Below are positions 16,687 to 26,070 of a DNA stretch of 45,496 nucleotides, one piece after another (position 1 is the first letter of the stretch; each line of letters begins with the position of its first letter). The notes below the pieces were generated by a model. That model did not search any database, was not told where the DNA came from, and worked only from the letters and a program-made list of their open reading frames with translations. This DNA is from Acidobacteriota bacterium (lineage in GTDB: Bacteria; Acidobacteriota; Thermoanaerobaculia; UBA5066; Gp7-AA6): NCBI GenBank assembly GCA_040004225.1, contig JBDUBI010000136.1, positions 1 through 45,496 on the forward strand, read 5' to 3'. The translations under genes and the position numbers were made by a program.

Positions 16687-17253
16687 ATGGCGGGTCAGCT
16701 CTCACTGGAAACGCGGCGGGATCTTCTCGACCTCGCCCGCCGGTCTCTCGAGGCGCATTTCCGCGGCGATCCGTTGCCGCGCCTTTTCTCCGACCGCTCG
16801 GAAGCGTTCGGCGAAGCCCGCGCGCTTTTCGTGACGCTGCGCAAAGGGGGCGACCTTCGCGGCTGCATCGGCACTCTGTCGCCGGAGGGGGACCTCGGGC
16901 GAACCGTCCCGCGGTTCGTGGTGCGCGCCGCGTTCGAAGATCCGCGCTTCCCGCCTCTGAATCAAGAAGAGCTACCCCTCGTCGAGATCGAGATCTCCGT
17001 CCTGACGCCCCCGGCGGCGGTCGAGGGTCCGGAGGAGATCGAGGTCGGCCTCGACGGCCTCATCCTGGAGCTATCCGGCCGAAGCGGGCTTCTTCTCCCC
17101 CAGGTCGCCACCGAGTGGAACATGACCCGGGAGCGTTTCTTGGAAGAGCTCTCCCGGAAGGCCGGCCTCCCGTCGGATGCGTGGCGAAATCCCGCCGCGC
17201 GCCTCTGGAAGTTCCAGGCGGAGGTTTTTTCGGAGGGGGGCGCGGGGGGTTAG
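16687..17253 (+). CDS. AMMECR1 domain protein
   Basis: LRGCIGTLSP signature and PRFPPL, 188 aa. Confidence 0.85.
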   Translation: MAGQLSLETRRDLLDLARRSLEAHFRGDPLPRLFSDRSEAFGEARALFVTLRKGGDLRGCIGTLSPEGDLGRTVPRFVVRAAFEDPRFPPLNQEELPLVEIEISVLTPPAAVEGPEEIEVGLDGLILELSGRSGLLLPQVATEWNMTRERFLEELSRKAGLPSDAWRNPAARLWKFQAEVFSEGGAGG

Positions 17254-17259
17254 GGGTTT

Positions 17260-17301
17260 GGCGAAGGGCGAAGGGCGAAGGGCGAAGGGCGAAGCCGAAG
17301 G
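17260..17301 (+). repeat. Five perfect tandem GGCGAAG heptamers plus one degenerate unit
   Basis: Read directly. Starts 7 nt after the AMMECR1 stop. Gives GGG-CGAA-GGG-CGAA-GGG-CGAA-GGG. Confidence 0.9.
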
Positions 17302-17341
17302 AGCTGAGGGCGCAGACCGGTCCAGCCGGGTTCCCCGTCGC

Positions 17342-18133
17342 TTACCCGGACGTCGGCTTTCCCCGCCCGCCGCCCGCGAGCCTCCCCGAATAAAGCAGCA
17401 GGGCGGTGGCCACCGCCGCGTTCAGCGAGTCGACCGGCTCGCGCATCGGCAGTGTCAGACGCCGGTCGAGATAGCGGTAGGCGCCGGCGGGAAGCCCTGT
17501 TCCTTCCGCTCCGATGACGAGCACCGACTCCTCGTCGAGCGGCTTGTCGAAGGGATTCTCTCCGCCCGAGGCGACCGCACCGGCGATGCTTCGTCCGGCG
17601 GCGCGCGCGTCCGCCGCAAACGGCTCGAACGAGACGCGCCCCGACACGGGGATCCTCAGCACGCTTCCCGCGCTCGCGCGGACGGCGCGCGCGTGAAAGA
17701 AATCGGCTGACCCGGGCGCGGCCAGCACGCCCGCGGCGCCCGCGGCCTCGGCGACCCGCACGATCGCGCCCAGGTTGCCGGGGTCCTGCACGCCGAAGAG
17801 GAAGACCGCGGGCCCGCGGCGGCCCAGGATTTCGGCGACTGGAACGTCCCGCCGCCGGGCGACGGCGAGAAGGTGCTGGGGCGTCTTCGACTCCGCGAGA
17901 CGCTCGAGGACGGCGCGGGAGACCAGTCGCGGACGCGCCGAAGCGATCGCGGCCAGCCTCCCGGGCCGGATGCTCCCGTCGTGCAGAAGGTCGTCGAGCG
18001 GCAGGCCCGCGGCGACCGCTTCCAAAATCGGCTTCTCCCCCTCGATCAGGAAGTGTGTGCGGGCCTCGATCGCGCGGACGATCTCGCGCACGACGGGGTT
18101 CGAAGGCGACTCGATTCCCGCCATGATCCCCAT
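17342..18133 (-). CDS. TrmH/SpoU-family RNA 2'-O-methyltransferase
   Basis: VQDPGNLGAIVRVAEAAG, VIGAEGTGL and ESLNAA-like (DSLNAAVATALLLY) SPOUT motifs. Start could be ATG 18133 or ATG 18124. The longer listed ORF overlaps the divergent gene. Confidence 0.8.
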   Translation of the reverse strand: MGIMAGIESPSNPVVREIVRAIEARTHFLIEGEKPILEAVAAGLPLDDLLHDGSIRPGRLAAIASARPRLVSRAVLERLAESKTPQHLLAVARRRDVPVAEILGRRGPAVFLFGVQDPGNLGAIVRVAEAAGAAGVLAAPGSADFFHARAVRASAGSVLRIPVSGRVSFEPFAADARAAGRSIAGAVASGGENPFDKPLDEESVLVIGAEGTGLPAGAYRYLDRRLTLPMREPVDSLNAAVATALLLYSGRLAGGGRGKPTSG

Positions 18134-18141
18134 GCTATAAC
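18133..18141 (+). promoter_or_regulatory. Extended -10-like box TGCTATAAC, 8 nt upstream of ATG 18150 (leaderless candidate)
   Basis: TGCTATAAC-CCGCGGCC-ATG. It overlaps the divergent TrmH start codon. Confidence 0.4.
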
Positions 18142-18149
18142 CCGCGGCC

Positions 18150-19346
18150 ATGAGGTCCTGGCGCGAGCGCCTCGCCGCAGCGGTGGACCTCGAAAGCGCG
18201 ACGCCGGGATCTCCGCTTTCCGCGCTGTGGACGTTCCCGGCGATGATCGCTTCCGCGTTCCTGGTCGCGTGGGGGGCCGAGGCGGCGGAGTTCCTGATGT
18301 CGCAGGGACTGGCCCTCGCCGTGCTCGCGCTGGTGCAGACTTTCCCGGAGTTCGCCGTCGAGGCGGTCATCGCCTGGAAAGCCGGCAAGAACCCGGACAT
18401 GGTCCACCTCGCGATCGCGAATTTCACCGGCAGCCTGCGGCTCCTGACGGGACTCGGATGGCCCATGATTTACGCGGTCGCGGCGTTCTACTCCCGGCGG
18501 AGGCGCAACAGGCCGCTCGGACAGATCCGGCTCGAGGACGACCACGCGGTGGAAGTCCTCGGACTCCTGCCCCCTCTGGCGTATTTCGTCGTCGTCTGGG
18601 CCAAGGGCAGCCTGTCTCTCGCGGATTCGGCGGTCCTCGCCGCGACTTACGGGATCTATCTCTCGGTGCTCCTGAGGATGCCTCCCCGCGAGGAGGGGCT
18701 CGAACAGGACGACGAGGTCCCTGCCGTATCCCGCTGGGCACTCTCTTTTTCGGGCGGGAAGCGATGGGCGGCGGTGGGCCTGCTTCTCGGAGGCGGCGGC
18801 GCGATCATTTTCTTCATCGCGGAACCCTTCCTCACGTCGATGATGGCGCTGGCGACGAGCCTTGGAATGTCCCAGTTCGTCTTCATCCAGTGGGTCGCTC
18901 CCTTCCTCTCGGAGTTCCCCGAAAAAACGTCCGCCTTCGCGTGGGCTCGCAGGATCACGCGCGCCCCCGTCGCTCTGGTGAACATGGTCTCCTCCAACAT
19001 CAACCAGTGGGGGATCCTTTCGGGCCTTCTCGCCGTCATCTACTGCTGGAGCCGTGGATCGACGGACCCGCTCCCGTTCGACGACTTTCAGAGAGGCGAG
19101 ATTCTTCTGACGATCCTGCAGGCGTTCCTCGGCTGGCTGTTTTTAGCGTCGATGAGCTTCGAGCTCTACGAAGCGATCGGGCTCTTCGCCCTCTGGGCGG
19201 TTCAGTTCGCCGTCCCATCGCTTCGCCACGAGATGCTCTTTGTGTATGGTGTGTGGATCGTGATCGAGATCGGGCTCCTCCTGACGGGCCGCAAGAAACT
19301 TCTAGCCGTCACCGCCTTTGAAAGATCGTGGAAGCGGCGCAGATGA
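18150..19346 (+). CDS. Polytopic membrane protein, CaCA (Na+/Ca2+ exchanger)-like two-repeat architecture
   Basis: ~10 TM segments. Two internal repeats each carry an x-F-P-E motif (QTFPEFAVE and SEFPEKTSA) resembling CaCA alpha-repeats. Family assignment is tentative. Confidence 0.45.
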   Translation: MRSWRERLAAAVDLESATPGSPLSALWTFPAMIASAFLVAWGAEAAEFLMSQGLALAVLALVQTFPEFAVEAVIAWKAGKNPDMVHLAIANFTGSLRLLTGLGWPMIYAVAAFYSRRRRNRPLGQIRLEDDHAVEVLGLLPPLAYFVVVWAKGSLSLADSAVLAATYGIYLSVLLRMPPREEGLEQDDEVPAVSRWALSFSGGKRWAAVGLLLGGGGAIIFFIAEPFLTSMMALATSLGMSQFVFIQWVAPFLSEFPEKTSAFAWARRITRAPVALVNMVSSNINQWGILSGLLAVIYCWSRGSTDPLPFDDFQRGEILLTILQAFLGWLFLASMSFELYEAIGLFALWAVQFAVPSLRHEMLFVYGVWIVIEIGLLLTGRKKLLAVTAFERSWKRRR

Positions 19347-20536
19347 GCGGGATCCGCCTTTCCCGTCGTGTCGAGGAGCTCTGCCCGTCTTCGACCGTCG
19401 CAGTCGGCAAAGCGGCGAAGTCTCTCGCGGCCTCCGGGATCGACGTCGTGGACTTCGGCCTCGGCGAGCCCGATTTCCCGACGCCCGATTTTGTCGCCCG
19501 CGCGGGAATCTCCGCCATCGAAAATGGACGCACGAAGTACACGGACACGGCCGGCGCTCCCGCCCTCCGGGAAGCGATCGCGGAGAAATACCGGCGCGAG
19601 CAGGGGAGCGGCTGCCTCGCTGAAAACGTTCTCGTGACCGCGGGCGCGAAACAGGCCGTTTTCAACGCGTGTCAGGCGCTTTTCGACCCCGACGATCAGG
19701 TCGCGGTGTTCTCGCCCTACTGGGTCTCATTTCCGGAAATGGTGCGCCTGGCCGGAGCGCGCCCCGTTTTTGTCGAGACGAAGCTCGAGGACGGATGGCG
19801 GCCGACGGCGGCGCTCCTGGAGAAGCACGCGGGCCCGGGGGTGCGCGGCGTAGTCTTGAACTCTCCGAACAATCCGACGGGCGCCGTCGTCACGGGGGAG
19901 GAGCTCGAGCGAATCCTCAAGTGGTGCGCGCGCCGCGGCGCGGTCCTCATTTTCGACGAGACTTACGACCGCTTTCTCTACGACGGGCGAGAGCACGTCT
20001 CGGCGGCGTCCTTCTGGGAAGGGTATCGGGAGCAGATCGTGGTGACAGGAGCCGCGTCCAAGACGTACGCGATGACCGGTTGGAGGCTCGGGTGGGCCCT
20101 GGCGCCGCGGGAGCTCGTGGCCGCGATGGCGTCGTACCAGAGTCACTCCACCTCGAACGCGTCCTCGATCTCGCAGGAGGCCGGCCGGCTCGCGCTGGCG
20201 GATCTGGAGCGTTCGGACGCCTCCGTGGCCGGCATGCTCGCCCAGTACGCGCTGCGCCGCACCGCCATGCTGGAGGCGCTCGAAGGAATCCGCGGTGTCG
20301 AGACGTCTCCGCCGGAAGGCGCCTTCTACACGTTCCCGCGCGTGTCGGCTCTCTACCCCCGGCTCGGAGTGACCGGGTCCGAAGAGCTGTGCCGCCGGCT
20401 TCTCGCGGAAGCTCACGTGGCCGCGGTCCCGGGAGAGGCGTTCGGGGACGACGCCTGCATCCGGCTTTCCTTCGCGACGTCTCTCGAGAGGGTTCGCGAA
20501 GGGATGCGGAGATTCGCGGAGTGGGTAGCGAAGTAG
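19343..20536 (+). CDS. Class I PLP-dependent aminotransferase (aspartate aminotransferase-like)
   Basis: FGLGEPDFPTP, NSPNNPTG and ASKTYAMTGWRLGW (PLP-Lys block). ATG 19343 overlaps the upstream stop (ATGA). GTG 19328 is an alternative start. Confidence 0.85.
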   Translation: MSGIRLSRRVEELCPSSTVAVGKAAKSLAASGIDVVDFGLGEPDFPTPDFVARAGISAIENGRTKYTDTAGAPALREAIAEKYRREQGSGCLAENVLVTAGAKQAVFNACQALFDPDDQVAVFSPYWVSFPEMVRLAGARPVFVETKLEDGWRPTAALLEKHAGPGVRGVVLNSPNNPTGAVVTGEELERILKWCARRGAVLIFDETYDRFLYDGREHVSAASFWEGYREQIVVTGAASKTYAMTGWRLGWALAPRELVAAMASYQSHSTSNASSISQEAGRLALADLERSDASVAGMLAQYALRRTAMLEALEGIRGVETSPPEGAFYTFPRVSALYPRLGVTGSEELCRRLLAEAHVAAVPGEAFGDDACIRLSFATSLERVREGMRRFAEWVAK

Positions 20537-20558
20537 CCGGCCGGGAGGAGGTCCCCCG

Positions 20559-21599
20559 TCAGGCTTCTGGCGGAAGCCCGGCAGGAAGAACAGGGTCGTC
20601 GTCCCACGCGCTCTCCCCGGGCGGTTTTTCCGGGGGAGCTTTGGACTGAGGGACGTCCCCGGACCCGGAGACGTCGATAGGAATCCCGCGGGACGCGAGC
20701 GGGGCGCGGTGTGCCGCCGGCTCGCTCGCGTCGAAGAGCGCGAGCACGGAGCCCCAGGCCGCGACACGCGCGGCCGGGCGGACGGCGAGCAGCAGCAGCA
20801 GGAGTGCGAGGTTGACGGCAACCGCAGGGCCCGACGGCGTCCGCTGCGCCCATGCGGCGGAGAACACGATCAGGAGCGCGGCGAAGGCGATGACGCTCCA
20901 GAACAGAAGGACCCCGAGCCCCCGGAGACGCAGCCCCCGCGACTGACGCCACGCTTTTCGAAACGCCGCGAGGGCGCCAATGCCAACCCTCCACCGCCGG
21001 GCGGCCCGGGCGAAATCGTAGAGGAGGGTCAGCGATCCGAGGATCCAGAGAGCGACGACCCAGACAAGGATGCCCCACGCGCCGCGCCCCGCGGAATGCG
21101 GAGGCGCCGTCCGGAAGAGCGTTTTCGCGAGGGTTCCAGTGAGCCGCAGCCAGGCGCCGAGCGCGATGGCAGCGAGAAGCGCGAACAGGGCAAAACACTT
21201 CAGGTTGTGCCCGAAATGGCGCCGCGAACCGGCCCAGAAGGCCGCCCTGGATTCCCGGACCGAGAACACGTCGCGCCCGAGCGTCTCGACGATGCCTCCC
21301 GCGAAGAAAATCTGCAGAAGGACACCGAGAAGCGCCGCCCACAGCATCGACTGGCGGGCGCCCGCGATCGCGGCCGCTTTCTCCCGCCAGAAATCGAGCA
21401 CCTCGACCGGCGCGAAGTCGGGATGATTGCGGATCAGGTGATCGCCGGCGAGGGTGCCCCGGAAGGCATCGGCCATCGCCGGGGCGAGAGGCGCCGCGGA
21501 CAGGCCGCCGAGGACCAGCGTGCAGAAGGTCAAGAGAAGTATGAGCCGTCCCCGCGAGAGCGCCGCAAAGCCCGCCGAGAGTGCGCCGGTCCGTTTCAC
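20559..21599 (-). CDS. Hypothetical polytopic membrane protein
   Basis: At least 6 predicted TM helices. GTG 21599 overlaps the M1 peptidase stop (GTGA). No recognisable family. Confidence 0.5.
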   Translation of the reverse strand: MKRTGALSAGFAALSRGRLILLLTFCTLVLGGLSAAPLAPAMADAFRGTLAGDHLIRNHPDFAPVEVLDFWREKAAAIAGARQSMLWAALLGVLLQIFFAGGIVETLGRDVFSVRESRAAFWAGSRRHFGHNLKCFALFALLAAIALGAWLRLTGTLAKTLFRTAPPHSAGRGAWGILVWVVALWILGSLTLLYDFARAARRWRVGIGALAAFRKAWRQSRGLRLRGLGVLLFWSVIAFAALLIVFSAAWAQRTPSGPAVAVNLALLLLLLAVRPAARVAAWGSVLALFDASEPAAHRAPLASRGIPIDVSGSGDVPQSKAPPEKPPGESAWDDDPVLPAGLPPEA

Positions 21600-23731
21600 G
21601 CGAGGGACCAGAGGAGCTGCTGGACGAGGGCTGCCAGAGCCGCGGTCCATCCCAGGTACTTGAAAGACGCCGCGCGTCCGCGAGTGTCGGCGGCCCCGCG
21701 CCCGACGCCCAGGACCTTGGAGTCGTTCAAACGGTTGGCGTCCCAGGCGTTCTTATGGTCCGGATCGACGGCTGCCCACGCCAGGTGCGAGGTCGAAAAG
21801 ACGCGCAGGCGAACCCAGCGTGCCTCGGCCGACAGTGCGCGATCGACGACCCGCCCGTCCTCGAACACGAGACGCGCCCCGGCACCGTGCGGCCAGTCTC
21901 CCGTGTTGGCGAAGAGAACGACGCTCTCCCAGCGTTTTGGCGCCCGCTTTTTCGGGGCCCCTTTTTTCCCGCTTCCCGAGGGGCGCCCCTTCTCGAGAAT
22001 GACGCGCGCGCCCCCCCTGTCGAACAGGCCCGAGTCCTCCGGCGCCCGTTCGCTTTTCGCGGAGACGACCTGCCAGTCGAGGCGTGCGGTGCCGAGCACG
22101 ATCTGCGACCGGTATTTGGAGAGGTTCTGCCCGGACGAGCGCTCGAACGCGTCGAAGAAGTCGGCCGTCGAGGGATGCCGGAAGGACCACTGCTGAAAGA
22201 AGGCGCGCTCGGCGCGGGCAAAAACCTCCGGCCCGAGGTCGTTTCGCAGCTGCGCCATGAAGAGGCCCACCTTCATGTACGAGTTCACGCCGTACGAACT
22301 TTCGGTTGCGTAACCCCACGCGTGGCGCAGGATCGGGTCGAGGTTTTTCTCGGAAGCGGAGAAGGTGTGAGCTACGGCGATGGACCCGATTCCGATGCCG
22401 CCCGGCAGCTCGACCAAATCGCGCGCCCCGAACGCGAGCGACATGGAGCGGTACTCGGCGTCCGTGTTGAGCCCCTCGTCGAGCCACGATTCCTCGAACT
22501 CGTTGCTTCCAATCATCCCGTAGAAATACTGGTGCCCGAACTCGTGCAGCGTCACGTTCTGAGTGAATCGCGCTTTGCGGAGAGGCCACCGCGCGAGGGG
22601 CGCGATCGTGCCACCCGTGATGAAGGTCGGGTATTCCATGCCGGCGGAGCCGAGCCCGTCTTCTGGCGGATCGACGACGGTCAAGGTCTCGTACGGGTAG
22701 GCGCCGAACCAGAGCCCGTAAAAGGCGAGGGCCACGCGCACGCCCTCCTCATACGCCGGCCGGGCGGCCCGATGGTCGGGTTGGAGAAGAAGCCGGATGG
22801 AAACCGGTTTGAGCGCAAGATCGCCGGCGGGCATGCCGAGCTCCGCCGCCGCGCGCGCGGTCCATTCCGGGGGCACGTCGCGCGAGGGTTCGAACCGGTA
22901 CTCGTGCACGACGAAGCGAGGGTCCGCCGTCCAGGCGAAGTCGTGCACGTTCTCCTGCACGTACCGATAGGAGGTCCGGTCCCCCTGGCGCGTCTCCGAA
23001 ACGCGCCGCCCCGTCGCGCCGACGACGAACGACGACGGCACGCTCAAGGTGACGTCGTAGTCGCCGAAGTCCGCGTAGAACTCGGAGTTGGCGTGGAACG
23101 CATGGCAGTTCCATCCGCCGGCCTTGCGCTGGCGCAGCCCCGCCGGTTCATAGACGCCGACCTTGGGAAACCACTGGCCGACGAGGTGATAGTTCCGCAC
23201 GAATCCGGTTCTCGCGAAGATCCGGGGAAGCTGCGAGCGAAATTCGATTTCGAGAACGATCTCTCCGCGGGGCGCCACGGGGGAGGGAAGGGGAACGGCG
23301 AGCACCGTTTCGTCGGCGCGGTCGTTGCCGTCCGGCCGGATCTTGCGGGAAGACGCGAGAAGATCCGTGCCCGCCCCGTTCTTGAGAGAGAGAATGTCGA
23401 TGGCGCCCCAGTCTTCCGCCTTCTCGCCGGCGCGGTCGCCCCGCAGCTGCCCGCCGGATTCCCGCATGAAGGTCGAACGGTTGTTCTTGAAGGCGTTCAA
23501 GTAGAGGTGGAATTGCATCTCCGAAACGAGGTCGTCGGAAGGATTTCGCCACACCAGCCGCTCGTGACCCGTGACGACATGGGTTTTCGGATCGAGCCTG
23601 GCGTCGATGCGGTACTCGACGACGGGCGGCCGGACGGGGGACGCGGCGAGAACGCCTGCCGGCGCGGCGATGCCGGCAGCGGTCCAGATCGACCCGAGGA
23701 GTCGGCGAAGTGATGCGTGACGCGTTGTCAT
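21596..23731 (-). CDS. M1-family zinc metallopeptidase (aminopeptidase N-like), secreted
   Basis: HEFGHQYFYG...WLDEG (HExxH-x18-E). GMEYP variant of the GxMEN motif. Signal-like N-terminus. ATG 23731 (alternative ATG 23749). Confidence 0.85.
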   Translation of the reverse strand: MTTRHASLRRLLGSIWTAAGIAAPAGVLAASPVRPPVVEYRIDARLDPKTHVVTGHERLVWRNPSDDLVSEMQFHLYLNAFKNNRSTFMRESGGQLRGDRAGEKAEDWGAIDILSLKNGAGTDLLASSRKIRPDGNDRADETVLAVPLPSPVAPRGEIVLEIEFRSQLPRIFARTGFVRNYHLVGQWFPKVGVYEPAGLRQRKAGGWNCHAFHANSEFYADFGDYDVTLSVPSSFVVGATGRRVSETRQGDRTSYRYVQENVHDFAWTADPRFVVHEYRFEPSRDVPPEWTARAAAELGMPAGDLALKPVSIRLLLQPDHRAARPAYEEGVRVALAFYGLWFGAYPYETLTVVDPPEDGLGSAGMEYPTFITGGTIAPLARWPLRKARFTQNVTLHEFGHQYFYGMIGSNEFEESWLDEGLNTDAEYRSMSLAFGARDLVELPGGIGIGSIAVAHTFSASEKNLDPILRHAWGYATESSYGVNSYMKVGLFMAQLRNDLGPEVFARAERAFFQQWSFRHPSTADFFDAFERSSGQNLSKYRSQIVLGTARLDWQVVSAKSERAPEDSGLFDRGGARVILEKGRPSGSGKKGAPKKRAPKRWESVVLFANTGDWPHGAGARLVFEDGRVVDRALSAEARWVRLRVFSTSHLAWAAVDPDHKNAWDANRLNDSKVLGVGRGAADTRGRAASFKYLGWTAALAALVQQLLWSLA

Positions 23732-23776
23732 GGAAGAGGGGCGAACCATATTCGGAAATCAGTCAGAATCCAAGCC

Positions 23777-24760
23777 GTGCCGACCTGCCTGCTGACCGGC
23801 GCGACCGGCTTTCTGGGGTCTCACGTGGCCAGATCTCTGCTCGCGCGGGGGTGGAGCGTCCGGGCCCTGGTTCGCGGCGGGCCGGAACGCCTGGGGACGC
23901 TTCCCGCCGCCGGGGTGGAGGTGGTCGCCGGGGATCTCTCCGCCGCGACGGATCTTGACGCCGCCGCCTCTCGCGTCGACGCGGTCGTGCACGTCGCCGG
24001 GATCACGAAGGCGCGAACGCGAGAGGAGTATCGCGAGGGGAATGCGCGTGGAACCGCCCGCCTGGTCGACGCGGCGCGGCGGAGCGCCCCGGGGGCCCTC
24101 TTCCTCCTCGTGTCGAGCCAGGCGGCGGCGGGACCGGCGCGCGGCGGCCGCCCTGTCGCCGAGGAGGATCCGCCGCGGCCGGTCTCGTGGTACGGAGAAT
24201 CCAAGCGCGAGGGCGAGGAGGCGGTTCGAGCGGCGTGGCGGGGGCCGTGGGTCGTCATCCGGCCCTCCGTGGTTTTCGGGCCCGGCGACCGGGGGCTGCT
24301 CCTCCTTTTCCGGGCAGCGGCGAAAGGGTGGCTGCCGGTCCCGGCCGCGGACTCCCGGATTCAGCTGATCCGCGCGGAGCGGGCCGCGGACGCCATCGCG
24401 GCGGCGGCGGCGCGGCCGGACCTGGCGGGACGTGCGGGGTTTCTCGCCGATCCCGCCCCGAGGACGATCGGGGAGCTTTCCACCTTGATCGCCTCCCTGC
24501 CGCCGAAACGTCCCCGTCTGGTGGCGGTGCCCCGGGCCGCCGTGCGCGTGGCGGGGGCCGTGGAAACGGTCGTCGAGAGCCTGACGCGACGTTCCAGGCC
24601 TTTCAACGCCGACAAGGCACGGGAAATCCTGGCGGGCGACTGGATCTGCGACGGAACGCCCCTGGCGCGGGATCTGCGCCTTCCCGAGGCCCCCCCGCTC
24701 CGTGAGGACCTCGCGGCGACCTGGGGCTGGTACGTGCGGGAGGGCTGGCTCTCTTTGTAA
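23777..24760 (+). CDS. NAD(P)-dependent extended-SDR (epimerase/dehydratase-fold) reductase; candidate ceramide/3-keto-sphingoid reductase (CerR-like)
   Basis: LLTGATGFLGSHV Rossmann motif. YGESK (YxxxK) catalytic motif. GTG 23777 is preceded by CAGAAT plus 7 nt. The functional assignment comes from gene context. Confidence 0.6.
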   Translation: MPTCLLTGATGFLGSHVARSLLARGWSVRALVRGGPERLGTLPAAGVEVVAGDLSAATDLDAAASRVDAVVHVAGITKARTREEYREGNARGTARLVDAARRSAPGALFLLVSSQAAAGPARGGRPVAEEDPPRPVSWYGESKREGEEAVRAAWRGPWVVIRPSVVFGPGDRGLLLLFRAAAKGWLPVPAADSRIQLIRAERAADAIAAAAARPDLAGRAGFLADPAPRTIGELSTLIASLPPKRPRLVAVPRAAVRVAGAVETVVESLTRRSRPFNADKAREILAGDWICDGTPLARDLRLPEAPPLREDLAATWGWYVREGWLSL

Positions 24761-24764
24761 AATT

Positions 24765-24773
24765 TGCTAAGAT
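24765..24773 (+). promoter_or_regulatory. Extended -10-like box TGCTAAGAT upstream of the spt-like gene
   Basis: Located 5 nt after the SDR stop codon and 61 nt before ATG 24835, which has its own GGGAG RBS. Confidence 0.35.
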
Positions 24774-24834
24774 CGGGTCCGATTCGGGGCGTCCCGCGGG
24801 GCGGCCGCCTGTCATTTTTGGTGTGGGAGTGAAA

Positions 24835-26070
24835 ATGAGCAAAGTCGCTCCGGTGGCATTCGCGGCGCGGACATCGCCCCTTTTCGACAAGTGCTTCCGA
24901 TACGACGATGCGCACCGCATTCAGCGGGCGGGCCTCTACTCGTTTTTCCGGGTGGTCGATTCGGCGCAGGACCCGGAGGTCGTCATCGGCGGCCGCCGGA
25001 TGATCATGCTCGGTTCGAACAACTACCTGGGGCTGACGAACGACCCCCGGGTGAAGGAAGCCGCGATCGACGCCATCCGCAAGTACGGGTCCGGCTGCGC
25101 CGGAAGCCGCTTCTTGAATGGAACCCTCGACCTTCACGTCATCTTAGAAGAGAGACTCGCGAACTTCATGCGGCAGGACGCGGCGGTCGTTTTCGCGACC
25201 GGGTTCCAGGTGAATCTGGGAGCGATCTCCTGCCTGGTCGGCAAAGGCGACAGCGTCTATCTCGACAAGCAGGATCATGCCTGCATCATCGACGGCGCGC
25301 GGCTTTCCTTCGGAGAGGTCCATAAGTTCAAGCACAACGACCCGGCGGACCTTCGGCGGCAGATGAAAAACGACACGGGGAGCCGCGGAAAGCTCGTCGT
25401 CGTCGACGGCGTGTTCTCGATGGAAGGTGACATCGCGCCCCTGCCCGAGATCGTGGCGGTCGCTCGCGACTACGAAGCGGCCGTCATGGTCGACGATGCG
25501 CACGGCGTGGGCGTGCTCGGCCCGACCGGCCGCGGCACCGCAGAGCACTTCGGCCTGGAAGAGGAAGTCGATCTGATCATGGGGACGTTTTCGAAATCGA
25601 TGGCGTCTGTCGGAGGATTCATCGCCGGCGAGTCCACCGTCATCGACTACATCAAACATCGCGCACGGACCCTGATTTTCTCGGCGGCGCCGCCGCCGGC
25701 CTCCGTGGCGGCCGCCCTGGCCACAGTGGACATCATGGAGCGCGAGCCGGAGCGGCGCGAGCGGCTCTGGCAGAACACCCGGTTCTTCGCCGACGGCCTG
25801 CGGTCGCTCGGGCTCGATACGGGGGAATCCGAGACGCCGGTCGTGCCCGTTGTCGTGGGGGAGGACTTCACCGCGCTCCAGATGGTCCACCGCCTCCACG
25901 AGGAAGGCATCTTCGTCAATTGCGTGCTCTCTCCCGCGACGCCTCCCGGCCGGGCCCTCATCCGGACGTCCCTGATGGCCACACACACGCGGGATCAGCT
26001 CGTGCGGGCCCTCGAGTCGATCGAAAAAGTGGGGCGAGAAGTCGGGCTGGTCCGCTCCGTCGGCGCTTGA
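24835..26070 (+). CDS. spt: Alpha-oxoamine synthase, serine palmitoyltransferase-like
   Basis: GSNNYLGL, GSGCAGSRFLNGT, DDAHGVG and GTFSKSMASVGGF (PLP-Lys). From memory this looks like the Sphingomonas SPT form, not KBL GTLGKA or BioF TFGK. C-terminal PATPPGRALIRTS. GGGAG RBS 5 nt before ATG 24835. Confidence 0.65.
   Translation: MSKVAPVAFAARTSPLFDKCFRYDDAHRIQRAGLYSFFRVVDSAQDPEVVIGGRRMIMLGSNNYLGLTNDPRVKEAAIDAIRKYGSGCAGSRFLNGTLDLHVILEERLANFMRQDAAVVFATGFQVNLGAISCLVGKGDSVYLDKQDHACIIDGARLSFGEVHKFKHNDPADLRRQMKNDTGSRGKLVVVDGVFSMEGDIAPLPEIVAVARDYEAAVMVDDAHGVGVLGPTGRGTAEHFGLEEEVDLIMGTFSKSMASVGGFIAGESTVIDYIKHRARTLIFSAAPPPASVAAALATVDIMEREPERRERLWQNTRFFADGLRSLGLDTGESETPVVPVVVGEDFTALQMVHRLHEEGIFVNCVLSPATPPGRALIRTSLMATHTRDQLVRALESIEKVGREVGLVRSVGA

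Noticed and set aside
21581-23713. 710-aa plus-strand ORF antisense to the M1 peptidase gene.
   Set aside because: It has no motifs and an Arg/Gly/Val/Pro-rich composition. The minus-strand frame carries the HExxH-x18-E and GxMEN-like signatures.
24835-26070. I considered whether the alpha-oxoamine synthase is BioF (biotin synthesis) or HemA.
   Set aside because: No bioA/bioD/bioB or heme genes are nearby. The PLP-lysine block is GTFSKS rather than the BioF-type TFGK. The KBL alternative is not fully excluded and is listed as the refutation test for the sphingolipid finding.
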